Shown one piece after another: positions 50,301 to 62,070 of a stretch of DNA of 64,000 bases (positions are counted from its first letter, which is position 1; every line of letters begins with the position of its first letter). A model generated the notes under the pieces. The model had not been told where the DNA came from and ran no database searches. It saw nothing but the letters and a program-made list of their open reading frames with translations. Location: the NCBI GenBank assembly GCA_905178155.1, contig CAJINV010000006.1, positions 2,323,016 to 2,387,015 of the forward strand. Direction: 5' to 3'. The position numbers and the translations under genes are program-made. Origin of the DNA: Amoebophrya sp. A120. Taxonomy: Eukaryota > Protista > Dinoflagellata.

Positions 50301-53300
50301 TGGCTTAGTTCGCAAAGCGGTAGTGGGGGAAGGGTGTTCGGCATCAGTGCGAACAGTGTCCGCCCCTCGGCCTCGCCTCGCATCAGGCGCGCGCATAGTG
50401 GCTTAGTGCGCGAAGCGCTACAACCGGGCGCAGGGTGTTCCTTCGGCAGCGGGGCGGGCAATTCGAAACCACCCCGGGAAAAGCAGTCCGGTCTCAAAGT
50501 TAAAGCTGCCTTTGTGCATCACAGGTCGGAGACTTCCCTCTCATAGCGGTATGGAATTTCTAAGCCGCCGCTGAAAAAGAAACTCGATTGCAGCATTGCT
50601 TTTGTGCAATACAGATCGGAGACTTCGTCTTCAGGATGGTAGGGAATTTCTACGCCGCCTCCTGCAGGAGCCAAGACGATGGCGTAGAAATTCCATACCG
50701 CCCGGAAAAAGAAATGTCCGCTCTGTATTCCACAATCGCAGCCTTGCGAGGGGATATCTTTTCCAGGGGCGGCGCGGAATTTCTACACCCTCGCCTGGGC
50801 TCCCGCAGGACGCGGCGTAGAAAGTCCATACCGCCCGGGGAAAGAAATCTCTGCTCTGTGTTGCGCAAAAGCAACTTCGGGGCCGGATTTCTTTTCCGGG
50901 GCGGTATGGAATTTCTACGCCCCTTCCCTGGCTCCCGCAGGGCGCGGCGTAGAAAGTCCATACCGCCCGGGAAAAGANNNNNNNNNNNNNNNNNNNNNNN
51001 NNNNNNNNNNNNNNNNNNNNNNNNNNNNNNNNNNNNNNNNNNNNNNNNNNNNNNNNNNNNNNNNNNNNNNNNNNNNNCCCTGGCTCCCGCAGGGCGCGGC
51101 GTAGAAAGTCCATACCGCCCGGGAAAAGAAATCGCCGATCTGTGTTGCGCGAAAGCAACTTCGGGACCGGATATCCTGGGCAAAAGTGATATCGGACAAC
51201 GAACTACGTAGGAATTGGAATTGCAATACCGCATGACAAATCTACTCCTTTCTACTCATCAAGATACTACTTTTGCACGGCTTAGTAATGTGACAGTGAC
51301 AGCAATAGTTTACTTCGCAGATTTCGGCGTCGCACTGCAAGTAGGCTGCGATGTGGCTCTGCAGCAACTTCTCGTCGCGGGACGCCGCTAGCACGGTGCG
51401 TTGTTTGTAGTGCGACAGAAGGTGCTTCCACAGCTATCAAATGCAAAAATGTCTGAGTCTGGAAATCTGTGATGCTAAATTGAGCATGATTGAAGCGCTT
51501 GCAATGGCAGCCAGGCATGACAAGTTTTTAGAGGCGCCTGCTGATGCCTACCACGCATCACAAATTGCGTTTTTGCATGACAAAGCAAGCTCCTCTTTTG
51601 CTGCTCATGCAACACAGATTTTCCAGGAATGCAAGACACGCATCACAAGTTCAACCACTGTTCCAGACCCAGACATCTTTGCATTTGATAACAGCCGATC
51701 GGAAACCAAATCCGCCACCTGCACCCCACCGTGTCCGTCGAAAACGCCGAAAAACATGCCGATGTCCTCCAAAGCCTGGTTCAGGCAGAACCGGTATCAA
51801 ATGCAAATATGTCTGGGCCTGGAAGCGTCGGGGCTTGTCATGCCCATGTTGCTTCACCCATGAGGTCTGTGATGCTGGTGCTAGCATCACTGATTTTTTG
51901 AGAGCTACTTGATGCTGATTACGCATGAGAAATGCCCTCTCCGCGTGCCAAGAACTGACTCCTTTTGCTGCTCATGCAACACAGGTATTTTTAGAATCCG
52001 CAGACAGCATTACAAGTTGCATCCTTCCAGACCCAGACATATTTGCATTTGATAACCGGTCCTGCAGGTGCTGCTTCTTCCCGGGCCAGGACTCGCACCA
52101 GGACCTCAACTGCAGGGACTCCAGCGTGACGTGCATGCGCAGCCGGCTATCAAACGGAAAAACCCCGAACCCCATACTCAAGCTAGAAATTTCTGATGCT
52201 GATTTGTGACCGCGAATCATGCTGCCATGCTAGAAGACAAAAGATGCGGACTGTCGTGCTGGCTGACGTGAGAAGGCCTTTTTGCATGTTCCGCATGACA
52301 GGAGGCAACTGGAAGTGGGAAACAGCATCACAATATATGCCTGCAATTAAGGCCGCAACTGCGGCTCTTGCCATTCTAGCAACACAAACTGCTTTGTGTA
52401 CGGAAATCCAGCATCACAAACTTCCAGTCCGATATGGGGAGGGCGGATTTTTCCTGACGATACCGGTTGTGCTCGATTTTCGCATGGTAGTCCGCGGAGT
52501 GCACTATCCTGTGCAAAACGATATCGCACTCGTATTGCAGTCACGCATATACAAATCTTTTTCTCAATGTAGATCCGCATCACAAATTTTATTCCCCATG
52601 CTGAGGAAATTTGTAATGCATTAGTATACGAGTAGGATACTTCTGCTGTTCATATGCACCAAGGCTGGTTTATTTGTCTTCGGGTCGATCATCTGGACCT
52701 GCAGCGCCACCAGTGATTTATCGTCCTTATTTAAACCAGCTCCTGAAGCCGCGGTGTTACCTCCACTTGCTGTCGAGCTGTCTTTTGCCGCTTGCGTTGT
52801 ACTCGAGCTATCTTCTCCGATTGTGAAAATAACCTTGATGTTCACCGGCAAGTTGATGGGGCGCTGCGACGTGCTTCCTACAATATTTCTCCGGTGCACG
52901 ATATCCCAGGAAAAAACTGTTTCACTGTTGACGGTTTTGCTAGATCTGCATCACAAATTTGCTACACATGACACAGAAAATCTGTGATGCGCGTTTTCCA
53001 ATGGAAAACACGCCTAAAAATCCATTGTGTTGCAGGTGTAGCAAGACAAACGCGTTGGTGTTTCGTTCTCTGCATCACAGGTTCACAGTGAAACAGTTTT
53101 TTCTTGCGATACACGAACAGCGTCTGGGTTTGCTGCGACGCCGGGGAGGTGGGGGTGGCGGGGGTCATGGTAGAGTGGGAAATGAAGCCGAATATCGCGG
53201 GGAAAAATCCCCCCTCCCCATATCGAAAAGGTATGTCGCAGAAGATTTGCAATGCTGATTTGCGACCACAAATCATGTCTGTCTTGCAAGAAGGCAATTC

Positions 53301-56066
53301 CACAGGCTTCGCCGTATTATGCAGGCGGTTTGCGATGCTGTTGGGCATACAGCGCAGACGTTTCTCATGCTAAGCGCCTAGGCCAAAACCTCTGTACTCG
53401 GGCGTGAGATGTGCCTGCAGTCCTCTCCAGCAAGACAAATCCGATTTGTGTACGCAAATCCAGCATCACAACTTTCCTGTTCGATATGGGGAGAGGGGAT
53501 TTTTCATTTTGATACCGAACCCCCGGTCTTCGTGCCACTGCAGCACGATCCCCTCTTCATACTTCACGCCGGAGGCTGACGTCGAGGTGGAGGCAGTCGT
53601 GGACATGCTGTCGGGTTGGTGTTGGTGGTTGCCGCTTTTGGAGGAGGCCAACATTTGATTGTCGCTTGGCGCACTGGTCGCTAACCCATGCTCGCCGAGG
53701 TTATGTTTCGAGGTGTTTTTCGTGACATTGTTATTCCCGCCGTCGTTGTTCTTTTCGCTGTTTCCGGTGTCTTGCCGGCATATTTTTGTAAAGGGATCTG
53801 GAATCATCTTGGAGTTGCTGTTGTTATCCTCTGGACCGAAGCTGTTGGACCGCAAATTGCTCCGACTTTGCGCATATCAAATGTAAAAATGTCTGGGTCT
53901 GGAAGAATGCAACTTGTGATGCTGAATTTGGATTCCAAAAAAATCTGTATTGCATGAGCAGCAAAGGGAATGCAATTTTTGCTACGCGGAGAGGGCATTT
54001 GTCATGCGGAATAGGCATCAAGGAGCTCTCAAAAAGTCTGTGATGCTAGGGCATGCATCACAGACGTCAGGGCTCATGCAAAACGTGCATGACAAGTGTC
54101 AGAATCTTCCAGACCCAGACACTTTTACAGTTGATAGCGCACCGCCCCCCGCGGTGGTAGACGAGCTGGCTCCAGCGTGTTGCGAAGTTGAAGTTCCGGT
54201 ATGGGCACCTAGACCTACTTGTTGGATATTGCTGCTGGTGCTGGCTGCGGCCGACATCACATTTCGTTCGTCGAACGAGTGAAACTCCGCGGTCTTCAGC
54301 GCGTTGCGCATCTCTTCCGCTTTCTGCAACTTGATCATTTTCTCGTCGCCCCAGTCTTCCAAATTTTCGTCGGGCCGCAAAATCTTCCACTGCACGGACT
54401 TTGTCGCGCTGACCATACCCCCGCCCCCGTGTTTCAAGTGGAGTTTCGCGGTCGCAATTTGCTTGTCGTTGACCGGCTCGAGCTTGAAGTAGAGGTTTTT
54501 CGGGATGAAATAGAACAGCTCCGTCTCCTCGTGGTATTGCCACTCCGGCTATCAAATGTAAAAATGTCTGGGTCTGGAAGAGTGGAAGGCTTGTCATGCT
54601 TGTCTGGCACGACCGATGCTGCTTGTAATGCATGACCCAGCATCACAGATTTTTGGAAAGCTCCCTGATGCCATTTCCGCATGACAAATGCCCTCCTCGC
54701 GTAGCACAAATGTGGTTCCTCTTGCTGGTCATGCAATGCAATTTTTTTTAGAGTCCAAAGATAGCATCACAAGTTCCAACTTTCCAGACCCAGGCACTTT
54801 TACATTTGATACCGGCTTTATTCGATTCCGCTCCCGGTCGCGCGTATTCCTGCCGAACCAGGTATTGAGAGGAAAAATCCCCCTCCCCATACTGAAACGG
54901 TATACTTTTGGAAATTTGTCATGCTGATTTGTGGCCACAAATCGTGCCTGTCTTGCAAGAAGGCAACTCCACAGGCTCCGCCGCATGATGCAGGTGGTTT
55001 GTCATGCTGTTGGGCCTACAGCGCGGATGTTTATCATGCTAAGTGCCTAGGCCAAAACCTCTCTACTCGCGCTTGGTCTGGGCCTGCAGTGCTCTCCAGC
55101 AAGACAGCTCGGATTTGTGACCACAAATCAGCATCACAAATTTCCGTTTTGATATGGGGAGGGGGGATTTCTCCTTTTGATACCAGGTCAGCCACCCCTT
55201 CTTCTCCTGGTCCTTTTCATACTGCTGTAAATCCGTCGGCGGGGCGCGCGGCGTCCGCGGTGGCGACGGAGAGCGCGACCGGTTGTTGCTCTGCTGTTGC
55301 TGGTCTCTGTTATTTCTCTTGTTTTGGTGCCGCCCGCCGCTTCGCGACCGGCTCGTGTCTCGCCTGCGGTCTCGGCCCCGGTTATTTCTTATGAAGTGGA
55401 AAATATGCATCGTACTGCTACGTAGAAGTAGTAATTGCATTTACAAATTTGGTCAGCATGACAAATGCAATTTTCCATGCTAAATTGTCTATGCAACCAG
55501 CTTTCGCATGCATAAACTGCAATTATTACGAGTTGTTGTGCAAAAATGCTCTTACACGCGATATTTTTCCGGGTTCGGCTGTTGTCGCGGTGTCGTCTGG
55601 TTTGTCGTATCATGTGGTGCAAAAACGTCTCCATCGGCCCAGCTTTGTCATGCAAATCCGCAAACGCGCAAGAACATCAGCCAAACCTTGTTGGTTATTT
55701 GTGTATGCAAAATTCCCATTATGAGAGTGCTGCACAACTGGTCCCCCCGCCCTCATTTGTAAATGAAAAACAGAAATACCAAATCCATATCTTGCCTTAT
55801 TTAGGCACTATCTGCATGCCAAATTTTGAAACCTTATCAAACTACAGCACTACCATCCGTGTACAGATTTGTCATGCGGAAGCCACATATCTGCCGTTGC
55901 GTGTGTTGCTGTTCATGCCATACGAATGAGGGGGAGGCGGGGGAGTTGTAGTTCACTGTCATAATATTCACCATCGTGAGGACTCTATGGACACGTTTTT
56001 ACACAGGATATGTCGCTGATTTTGGTCACCGCTTCGCCCTCGACTGTCGCTGCGGCCACGGGCCAT
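47355..56066 (-). CDS. PP2C/PPM phosphatase with N-terminal RS-rich region, OCRE-like aromatic segment and cold-shock domain; 16 introner introns + 2 GT-AG introns
   Basis: Spliced motifs [85 protein letters not shown]...LFVHRRNI. Ends DDDFDMFA*. Confidence 0.88.
47395..47524. mobile_element. Introner family B (short)
   Basis: TSD cctga. Confidence 0.9.
47611..47910. mobile_element. Introner family F
   Basis: TSD acgca. Confidence 0.9.
48033..48242. mobile_element. Introner family C variant
   Basis: TSD cgatt. Confidence 0.9.
48308..48523. mobile_element. Introner family C
   Basis: TSD cattc. Confidence 0.9.
48719..48815 (-). other. Canonical GT-AG intron (97 nt)
   Basis: GCTG|GTATG...CTCAG|GC restores ERAGGSVV of PP2C. 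Confidence 0.75.
48883..49029. mobile_element. Introner family A, short and diverged
   Basis: TSD actgt/accgc; restores [10 protein letters not shown]. Confidence 0.8.
50640..51130. repeat. Tandem array of ~132-bp hairpin units (spans N gap)
   Basis: ggcgtagaaa at 50681, 50814 and 50946 and again after the gap; 31-bp inverted arms 50891-50921 and 50946-50976. Confidence 0.85.
51172..51284. mobile_element. Decayed family B-like element inside canonical intron
   Basis: tatcctgggcaaaagtgatatcg...gatactacttttgcacgg; left ~70 bp duplicated at 50094. Confidence 0.6.
51435..51690. mobile_element. Introner family A
   Basis: TSD acagc. Confidence 0.9.
51795..52054. mobile_element. Introner family A
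   Basis: TSD accgg. Confidence 0.9.
52148..52462. mobile_element. Introner family G
   Basis: TSD ccggc/ccggt. Confidence 0.9.
52505..52654. mobile_element. Introner family B
   Basis: TSD tgcac. Confidence 0.9.
52902..53111. mobile_element. Introner family C
   Basis: TSD cacga. Confidence 0.9.
53193..53514. mobile_element. Introner family G
   Basis: TSD ccgaa. Confidence 0.9.
53875..54136. mobile_element. Introner family A
   Basis: TSD gcgca. Confidence 0.9.
54550..54811. mobile_element. Introner family A
   Basis: TSD ccggc. Confidence 0.9.
54863..55182. mobile_element. Introner family G
   Basis: TSD ccagg. Confidence 0.9.
55390..55563. mobile_element. Introner family B, diverged
   Basis: TSD tttct/ttttt. 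Confidence 0.8.
55608..56010. mobile_element. Introner family F hosting a nested family D element
   Basis: TSD tgtcg. Confidence 0.85.
55720..55963. mobile_element. Nested family D element
   Basis: tatgagagtgctgcacaactg...gagttgtagttcactgtcata; TSD decayed. Confidence 0.8.
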
Positions 56067-57563
56067 CTTCGATGGCTGCGAGATGGTAATCAGGCGGCAG
56101 AGAGTTACAATTTTTTGCTGATGTACCAGTTTCTCTTCATTTTCCGTTTCACAAAAGAAACGACCAAGACTGAGTGTAACTATAAAATTTGTTGGTAGTA
56201 AACTGAATTTTTCTACTACATTTTGTCAATCTGCTAAATCCGAGCTCTTGTTGATGTTTCGTCTACAGCTTTAGTGATATTATTAGCGAAGTTGTACATT
56301 GTGTTTATACAAAAGTGGCTCGAAATTTCAATACTTGATTTGACTACAACTGTGGACAATAACATTCGATCATCAGGTGAACGGGAACTTTTGAAAAGTG
56401 CGCCGGCGTTTGTTGTTGAAAGGGTTAGGGTTTGTCCTAGTTCATCGCACCCCTGCTTGCACAAACAATGCGCGGCCGTGTGGTCGGTAAAACTAAAAGT
56501 GCATCATGACTAAAACTTCAACACTCCATGCATAAATCGCGCAAGTCAGATCGATAAATGTTCTTGCAGTCCTCGCGAGGATTCCTCGGTAGACAAAAGC
56601 ACAACAAAGAGGACCCAAAAAAAAATTTTAGTCGCAGTCCGCTCATGATAAATTCAAAGCCATATTTTTTTATAAAAATTCGACTGCAACATGAGTTCCT
56701 TATTACAAGTTCGCCAAATGCTGGCTGTAGTACAGATCGCTAGAAGTTCTTGTTTTCGGAAGATCATGGTACTTCTCGCACGCGGGGTGTAGGTGAAGGT
56801 GTAGCCTAGTACTTAGAATCAAAAACAGCTGTTTTTTCAATGCAGGTCCTCTACTTACTTACTCGCTCAGACGCAGTAGACGCTTGCAGTTGTCATGCTC
56901 CAGATTCTTTTGCGTTCTTTTTCTTTACGAGCTCCTACCGTTCTACAAGTTGCTGATCTGATCATCTTTCGTTTGCTTCGCTTTCTCCTGCCCAGTAGTG
57001 CTTCTACTTCTACGTCTTGAAATTCCTATTTCTACACATCTCGACTGCAACTGCAGACGCAACAAGTAGCTAGCGACGCACGACGATAGTCCAATTGCAA
57101 TAATTCCAGGTCTTGGACTTCTTCGCACGAGCGGATGGTCCTGGTCGTTTTCTAGAAACTGAACGTACTCGGTGGAGCAAGTTGTAGTACCAACGTAGTA
57201 GAACACCAGCAGTTCTCCTGCTCGTCATTTCCAGCACAAGTTCGTGCACAGCACGACCAAGCGACACTTGCCACAGTGGTCCCATAAGCAACACTTCAGG
57301 TTGTTGAGTGATTCCGATTTGAGCACAGCTTGCTGTGAACATTATCTATGAAGATCTTCGCGGACTACAGGTCGCAATTCAATGAATTTGAAGTAGACAC
57401 AGCAGCAGCTGCACTAGCGCTTCAATCTTTGCAGGAGATCACCGGGGCAACAAGAATGCTACATTCGCGCAGGTGGTACTAAAGTTGTCGCTTCGACGCG
57501 AGTGTTAAAATGGCACCCAGAAGATAGTACGCAGTGTAAACGTCCATCAGTGTAAAACTGAAT

Positions 57564-58958
57564 TTACTCCTCAACAACATCTTCCTGCCCCACCTCCTCA
57601 TTCAATAATGCCTCTCGCATGACCGCCCGAATTTTCCCACACCCCTCCTGGCCGAGCTCGACAAACTGCCGCAGCAGCTTCTCCTCCCTGACCCGGCCGC
57701 AGTGTAGAAGCAGAATTTCGTCTTTCAAATTAGTCGCCACGGTGGTCACGGACTGGTTCCAAGATTCCTCCTCCTCTGTCATATCAACCACGGTGACAAG
57801 ACCTCCAGTAGTCGTAGCTTTTCCGGCTGCTGCTGCTGCTGCGCATGACAAATTCGAACTTGTACTTGTCGATTGCCCCGGTCTATTTTTGACGAGACTG
57901 TCAGAGTTGGAAGTAGAGTTTTCATCTTGGTCCTCTGTCTCTTCCTCCTCCTCCTCCGCATCTTGTACTTCTTGTTCCTCGCTGTCATTCAAGATTGTGT
58001 CGTCGTTGAGTTTCCTCCTCTTTGCAGCTGTTGCGGAAGTAGTAGAACTATTCCCCCTGCTAGCACTACTGAGGACTATCCTCTTGTCGCAGAAATCGGT
58101 GCGCACCAGTAAATTGTCCCTTTCGGAAACTAATCCCAAATTTACACCAGCGACCAGCTCTTTTATTTCGATCGTCTGCAAGTCCGCGAGCGCCACCGAA
58201 GTTGCGTTGATGCACGCGGGGAGCAAACTCCCGTCAAATTCGAAAACGTGCAGGGAAATGTCCAGGTTCAGCAGATTGCTGTTCCCGTTGTTCAGCAGCT
58301 GGACCGCATGGGAAGAAGAACCAGCAGTAGACGCGTTACTTCTACTTCCACCGCCCGCCGATATTCCAGCGCCGCCTGCACTTCCTGCTCCGGTAGATGC
58401 AGATGCTCCCGCGCAGCTCTTGCTCTCGCCTAGGACACCGACCACCACTTTCGAAAACACCATGGACAGCCATTGCGCATACTCCTGGAACTTGTTCCGC
58501 TGTGCGAGTGCTCCTTCGCTTGAGCCTACAGCCGATTTTGTGATTTCGAAATTCAGTTTCAGGGAGCAGTTCGTCGAATTTGTCAAAGAACTCTGCTCAT
58601 TTGAAGAACCCGATCCTGCTGCGTGCGACGATGAAAGCACCTTGACCGTAGTCGAGCTCGTGTATTTCGCCGGTAAGAGACAGTTCTGCGCGGAGCTTGT
58701 ACCGTGCGAGGCGAATCTTGATTTCTCCTTTGGCCCAAAACATTTCGCGACAACCAAAGTGCCGCCCAGTTTGTAGGTGCAAGACCCGGTTTTCGACCGG
58801 TTGATGATCGGGGGCCGCAACTCGGTTGGGAGCCGGCCATCTTGCCGGAAGAGAAGGTCTTGTCCTCTCGATTGCATTTGTTGTTTCATCATCTCGTTTG
58901 ACGAAGTCGCTTTTTGCTTAAAGTTTGTACGTTCTTGTATTGTTTCGCATATGTTCAT
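57564..58958 (-). CDS. RRP41: Exosome complex RNase PH-like subunit Rrp41 (intronless, with low-complexity insertions)
   Basis: RQDGRLPTELR, GSCTYKLGGTLVVAKCFGP, LDISLHVFEFDGSLLPACINATSVALAD, VVDMTEEE. Confidence 0.8.
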   Translation of the reverse strand: MNICETIQERTNFKQKATSSNEMMKQQMQSRGQDLLFRQDGRLPTELRPPIINRSKTGSCTYKLGGTLVVAKCFGPKEKSRFASHGTSSAQNCLLPAKYTSSTTVKVLSSSHAAGSGSSNEQSSLTNSTNCSLKLNFEITKSAVGSSEGALAQRNKFQEYAQWLSMVFSKVVVGVLGESKSCAGASASTGAGSAGGAGISAGGGSRSNASTAGSSSHAVQLLNNGNSNLLNLDISLHVFEFDGSLLPACINATSVALADLQTIEIKELVAGVNLGLVSERDNLLVRTDFCDKRIVLSSASRGNSSTTSATAAKRRKLNDDTILNDSEEQEVQDAEEEEEETEDQDENSTSNSDSLVKNRPGQSTSTSSNLSCAAAAAAGKATTTGGLVTVVDMTEEEESWNQSVTTVATNLKDEILLLHCGRVREEKLLRQFVELGQEGCGKIRAVMREALLNEEVGQEDVVEE

Positions 58959-60145
58959 GTCCTTGCAACGAGAAAAAAAAATCGTGTCCCTGCCTAATGC
59001 TAATACTCACAGGCTTGTGCTGTTGTCGCGGCTAACGAAGTCATTTAATACAAGGCCGTGTCGTCTTTTTCCTACGAAACTCGCTTCTTCCTGTAATCAT
59101 GATGCGCAGACTTCAATAGAACATGATAAAAATGAAAATCAGAAGGCAGCTCAACAGGATCCTCGCAGAGGCAGATCTGATCATCTGATTCAAAACTATT
59201 ATCGCCTGCTTCGACGCTTCGTCTGCCAATGTTGGGATCCTCGATTTCTCTACTTCTTGACAGAATGATCTTCGACTCTGGTCTTTTCTCACGCCAAGCA
59301 CCTTCTAGAGCACACGACACAATTTTTTTCTTCAATCTTCTACTACAAGATCTGGCTCATTTCGTCGGGGTGATCGTCGTTACAATTTTGACAGATTTTT
59401 CTTGTGGGGCTAGTGTTCTGTCCAAGCTTGTTGCACTTACAACTGTAGTCCTGCTATAATTGGGAGCTGTTGCTATCATCTCTGGATCGGTGCACATGCA
59501 CTACTTCCTTGTTAGATCGCAGATCGCCATTATTTGCATCCATTCCATCACAGGACCACGCACGACCAAGCAGTACAGGAAGAAAAGAACATCTTACCGT
59601 GAAAGCGAGCGGTCGTGCGAGAGAACTAAAAAACGTGGGCGGCTGCGGCCAAGGGCAAGGCCATTGTGCAAGCATATTAGCCCCGTTCCTGCCCTGTTCC
59701 GTCGATTTTCATCTTCTAGTAGGCTATACTAGCGATAAAACGTTTTTGCATCTTTCGGGCTGTGGCTCGACGTGGTAGTTCTCATTCGCGCAACATCTGT
59801 ACTACATACAACACCAGCAGAAAAACACCATGCCTGGAAAATTTGCTTCTGATCGCCGTTATCCGTACCAACATCATCGTCATCGATCAGAGGATCGGGT
59901 GTATATTGGAGCAGAATGATGTTGTTGTTGATAGGCGTTTAGTACAACGCAGCAGGCGCTTCAGAAGTTGTACTCTATTTGGGAAAAGTAATATTCTATC
60001 GTTGTACGGTGCGCGGTTATATTCTTTGTCCAGATGAAAATTCTTAACCCGTTGTAAAGTAAAGTAAAAACGCTCTCTTCCTCTTCCGTGGGTACTAGGG
60101 CTACTAATATGTCCTCGTGAAGAGCAGTGGCTGATGAAGAAGCCG

Positions 60146-60407
60146 TATCAACTGTAAAAATATCTGGGTCAGGAAAATTCTGACACTTGTCATGCACGTT
60201 TTGCATGAGCCATGATGTCTGTGATGCATGCCCTAGCATCACAGATTTTTTGAGGGCTTCGCGATGCCTATTCCGCATTAGAAGTACCTTCTCAGCGTAG
60301 CAAAAATTGCATTCCCTTTGCTATTCATGCAATACAGATTTTTTTGGAGTCCAAACGCAGCATCACAAGTTGCATTCTTCCAGACCCAGACACTTTTACA
60401 TTTGATA
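60146..60407. mobile_element. Introner family A
   Basis: TSD agccg. Confidence 0.9.
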
Positions 60408-61808
60408 AGCCGAAAGAAAGCTGCTGGCAACATGATTTATGCTTGCAGTGTTCTTGTACGTAGTACTATTATAGGCAGCAGGGCAAATTAGTACTGAATG
60501 AGGATTTTTACCACGTTTAAAATTTTTCTCGGGGTGGAAAACGACGTTAAAGGGCATGAAATTGGTTCCATCGGGTTCGTCAGTGGGGAGAAGTCTTGTA
60601 AGTAAGTACTAACTTTTCACATTCACATTGGGGAGAAACAATCAAAGTCTTGGACGAGTTGAGTCGCCAAAAGTTGATCTCTTTGCAGCTGTTTAAAAAT
60701 GCTTGTTGACGCAATCAAATTGTATGTGAATACGAAAAGTAAAGCCTTACAACCCTCTAAAAGATAAATTTACGAGCGATTCTTAAGTAGTGAATGGGCG
60801 GCAACATCAAGNNNNNNNNNNNNNNNNNNNNNNNNNNNNNNNNNNNNNNNNNNNNNNNNNNNNNNNNNNNNNNNNNNNNNNNNNNNNNNNNNNNNNNNNN
60901 NNNNNNNNNNNTCTACTTCTTGACAGAATGATCTTCGACTCTGGTCTTTTCTCACGCCAAGCACCTTCTAGAGCACACGACACAATTTTTTTCTTCAATC
61001 TTCTACTACAAGATCTGGCTCATTTCGTCGGGGTGATCGTCGTTACAATTTTGACAGATTTTTCTTGTGGGGCTAGTGTTCTGTCCAAGCTTGTTGCACT
61101 TACAACTGTAGTCCTGCTATAATTGGGAGCTGTTGCTATCATCTCTGGATCGGTGCACATGCACTACTTCCTTGTTAGATCGCAGATCGCCATTATTTGC
61201 ATCCATTCCATCACAGGACCACGCACGACCAAGCAGTACAGGAAGAAAAGAACATCTTACCGTGAAAGCGAGCGGTCGTGCGAGAGAACTAAAAAACGTG
61301 GGCGGCTGCGGCCAAGGGCAAGGCCATTGTGCAAGCATATTAGCCCCGTTCCTGCCCTGTTCCGTCGATTTTCATCTTCTAGTAGGCTATACTAGCGATA
61401 AAACGTTTTTGCATCTTTCGGGCTGTGGCTCGACGTGGTAGTTCTCATTCGCGCAACATCTGTACTACATACAACACCAGCAGAAAAACACCATGCCTGG
61501 AAAATTTGCTTCTGATCGCCGTTATCCGTACCAACATCATCGTCATCGATCAGAGGATCGGGTGTATATTGGAGCAGAATGATGTTGTTGTTGATAGGCG
61601 TTTAGTACAACGCAGCAGGCGCTTCAGAAGTTGTACTCTATTTGGGAAAAGTAATATTCTATCGTTGTACGGTGCGCGGTTATATTCTTTGTCCAGATGA
61701 AAATTCTTAACCCGTTGTAAAGTAAAGTAAAAACGCTCTCTTCCTCTTCCGTGGGTACTAGGGCTACTAATATGTCCTCGTGAAGAGCAGTGGCTGATGA
61801 AGAAGCCG

Positions 61809-62070
61809 TATCAACTGTAAAAATATCTGGGTCAGGAAAATTCTGACACTTGTCATGCACGTTTTGCATGAGCCATGATGTCTGTGATGCATGCCCTAGC
61901 ATCACAGATTTTTTGAGGGCTTCGCGATGCCTATTCCGCATTAGAAGTACCTTCTCAGCGTAGCAAAAATTGCATTCCCTTTGCTATTCATGCAATACAG
62001 ATTTTTTTGGAGTCCAAACGCAGCATCACAAGTTGCATTCTTCCAGACCCAGACACTTTTACATTTGATA
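61809..62070. mobile_element. Introner family A (duplicate of 60146)
   Basis: TSD agccg. Confidence 0.9.

Larger units (their letters stand above)
49179..51313 (-). other. Long canonical GT-AG intron containing repeat insertion and N gap
   Basis: GAA|GTAAAC...CACAG|GCC joins DAEICE to ASERKNLQTVGSTAL in frame. Confidence 0.75.

Noticed and set aside
50588-51234. ORFs spanning the N gap
   Set aside because: They arise from GC-rich hairpin repeats and Ns inside an intron.
57619-58776. 385-aa plus-strand ORF
   Set aside because: Antisense shadow of RRP41; the same applies to plus ORFs 9288..9854, 31022..31612 and 38186..38995.
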